Positions 63,069 through 64,000 of a stretch of DNA of 64,000 nucleotides are shown in pieces. The number at the start of each line of letters is the position of its first letter. Positions within the stretch are counted from its first letter, which is position 1. Source of the stretch: Candidatus Omnitrophota bacterium (GTDB lineage Bacteria > Omnitrophota > Gorgyraeia > Gygaellales > Profunditerraquicolaceae). A program made the position numbers and the translations under genes. Under the pieces are notes generated by a model. It had not been told where the DNA came from, did no database searches, and was given only the letters and a program-made list of their open reading frames with translations. The stretch lies in NCBI GenBank assembly GCA_016782485.1, contig JADHYK010000001.1:30081-94080 (forward strand), given 5' to 3'.

Positions 63069-64000
63069 CCTGGTTTAACGCGATAGATTGTCGATCTATA
63101 GACCGCGGGTTCAAATCCCGTCGTCCCCGCCAGTCAACATTTGTGGGGGAAACCCCCACAAATGAAAACGGCGAACGCCAAGAAAGATAAAGGGTTCGGT
63201 TTTTTAGAATAAAGTTCGAACCTGTTTTTAGTAAGAATTCTCTCTTGGGCAGGAAATTTCTTTTCAAAGCGACATAGCTTGCGGAATTGCAAGTAGTTAT
63301 AAAATCCCTCACCCGTTCGAACCGAGATAGACCTTTCCGCCCAAAATCCTCTAATTTTTCCCTTAACTCAACCTTTTCTGTGAGCAGTTTCTGTTTCTTA
63401 ACAACATATTCTTCCTGTAAAATTTTTTCGCCCAGATAGAAATCTAACAGTCGCTCAAGCTGTGCGTCTATCGCCTCAATTTTATCTTTCATCTGCTGCT
63501 TGACGGAAAAATTAGAGGTCTCACTCTCTACGCTCACCTTTTGCAATTCCGCAAGCATAAGCTCACCAATATCGTCACTAATAGACAATTGCTGGATATG
63601 ATTGTTGATTTGCGCGGCCAGCGCCTCTTCGCGGATGTAGCGCTGTGAACATTTAATCTTGCGCTTAGTGCAGTGATAATAGTAATGGCCTTTTTTCGTT
63701 TCAGCAGTCACCAGGCAACCACACTCCCCACACCTTACGAACCCTCTAAAGACAAATAAATCTTTTTTAGGGTTGTGCGGCTTATTGCGGCTTGCGAGTA
63801 CCGCATGCACTTTATCAAACAATGTCTTTGAGATTAGCGGTGGATGAGAACCATCGTAAAATTCACCTTTATACTTAAACACTCCATAATAAAAAGTGTT
63901 TTTAAGGATTAGTTCGATTGCGCGATTATCTGGCAAGCCGCCGCGAGTGCCGATAAGTCCGGCATCGCGCAATTTAGCGCCCACAGATTCAAAAGTGTGG
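63049..64000 (-). CDS. Large serine recombinase, C-terminal portion (recombinase domain, zinc ribbon, coiled coil). N-terminus lies beyond the window end
   Basis: CGECGCLVTAETKKGHYYYHC zinc ribbon, long coiled coil (QLERLLDFYLGEKILQEEYVVKKQKLLTEKVELREKLEDF), recombinase-domain motif LIGTRGGLPDNRAIELILKNTFYYGV. The reading frame runs antisense through tRNA-Asp before its first stop, so the true C-terminus is uncertain. Confidence 0.6.
   Translation of the reverse strand, partial: HTFESVGAKLRDAGLIGTRGGLPDNRAIELILKNTFYYGVFKYKGEFYDGSHPPLISKTLFDKVHAVLASRNKPHNPKKDLFVFRGFVRCGECGCLVTAETKKGHYYYHCTKRKIKCSQRYIREEALAAQINNHIQQLSISDDIGELMLAELQKVSVESETSNFSVKQQMKDKIEAIDAQLERLLDFYLGEKILQEEYVVKKQKLLTEKVELREKLEDFGRKGLSRFERVRDFITTCNSASYVALKRNFLPKREFLLKTGSNFILKNRTLYLSWRSPFSFVGVSPTNVDWRGRRDLNPRSIDRQSIALNQATLRPR
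63054..63132 (+). tRNA. tRNA-Asp (anticodon GTC), CCA encoded
   Basis: GGGGACGTAGCGTAGCCTGGTTTAACGCGATAGATTGTCGATCTATAGACCGCGGGTTCAAATCCCGTCGTCCCCGCCA. Anticodon loop TTGTCGA. Followed by the hairpin TTGTGGGGGAAACCCCCACAA (63141..63161). Confidence 0.8.

Overview
64 kb of a bacterial chromosome (about 50% GC) spanning the replication origin. Left of about 27.6 kb every gene is on the minus strand: xseA', a GH-A-like exported protein, ymdB-rny, 5-FCL/nifU/MTHFR-C-like, an EF-G with an unusual N-terminal extension, rarA, pheST, a trkH-ktrA-ktrA K+ uptake cluster, rplT-rpmI-infC-thrS, three tRNAs, coaC, rpoZ-gmk-yicC, ndk, parBA, jag_N-yidC-yidD-rpmH. Right of it nearly everything is on the plus strand: dnaA-dnaN-dciA-gyrB-gyrA (gyrA carries an intein), tRNA-Glu, glmS, rsmI, a long pyr/car operon (pyrR-pyrB-pyrC ... 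carAB ... pyrK-pyrD-pyrF) interrupted by several inserted genes and a tRNA-Arg, a Chlamydia/spirochaete-type V-ATPase operon (E, DUF2764-like, A, B, D, I, K), then tRNA-Val, a free-standing LAGLIDADG endonuclease, tRNA-Asp and the start of an element with a large serine recombinase. The most unusual content is (1) a 70-bp palindromic element present as identical in-frame copies inside pheT and pyrK, plus related heptamer-repeat palindromes inside other coding regions; (2) a dual-hairpin intergenic repeat family; (3) EF-G fused to a membrane anchor, coiled coil and Pro-rich linker; (4) a GyrA intein and a tRNA-flanked LAGLIDADG gene next to a recombinase; (5) rnpA missing between rpmH and yidD. 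No CRISPR array or rRNA was seen. Coordinates without an ORF-track anchor are +/-2 nt.
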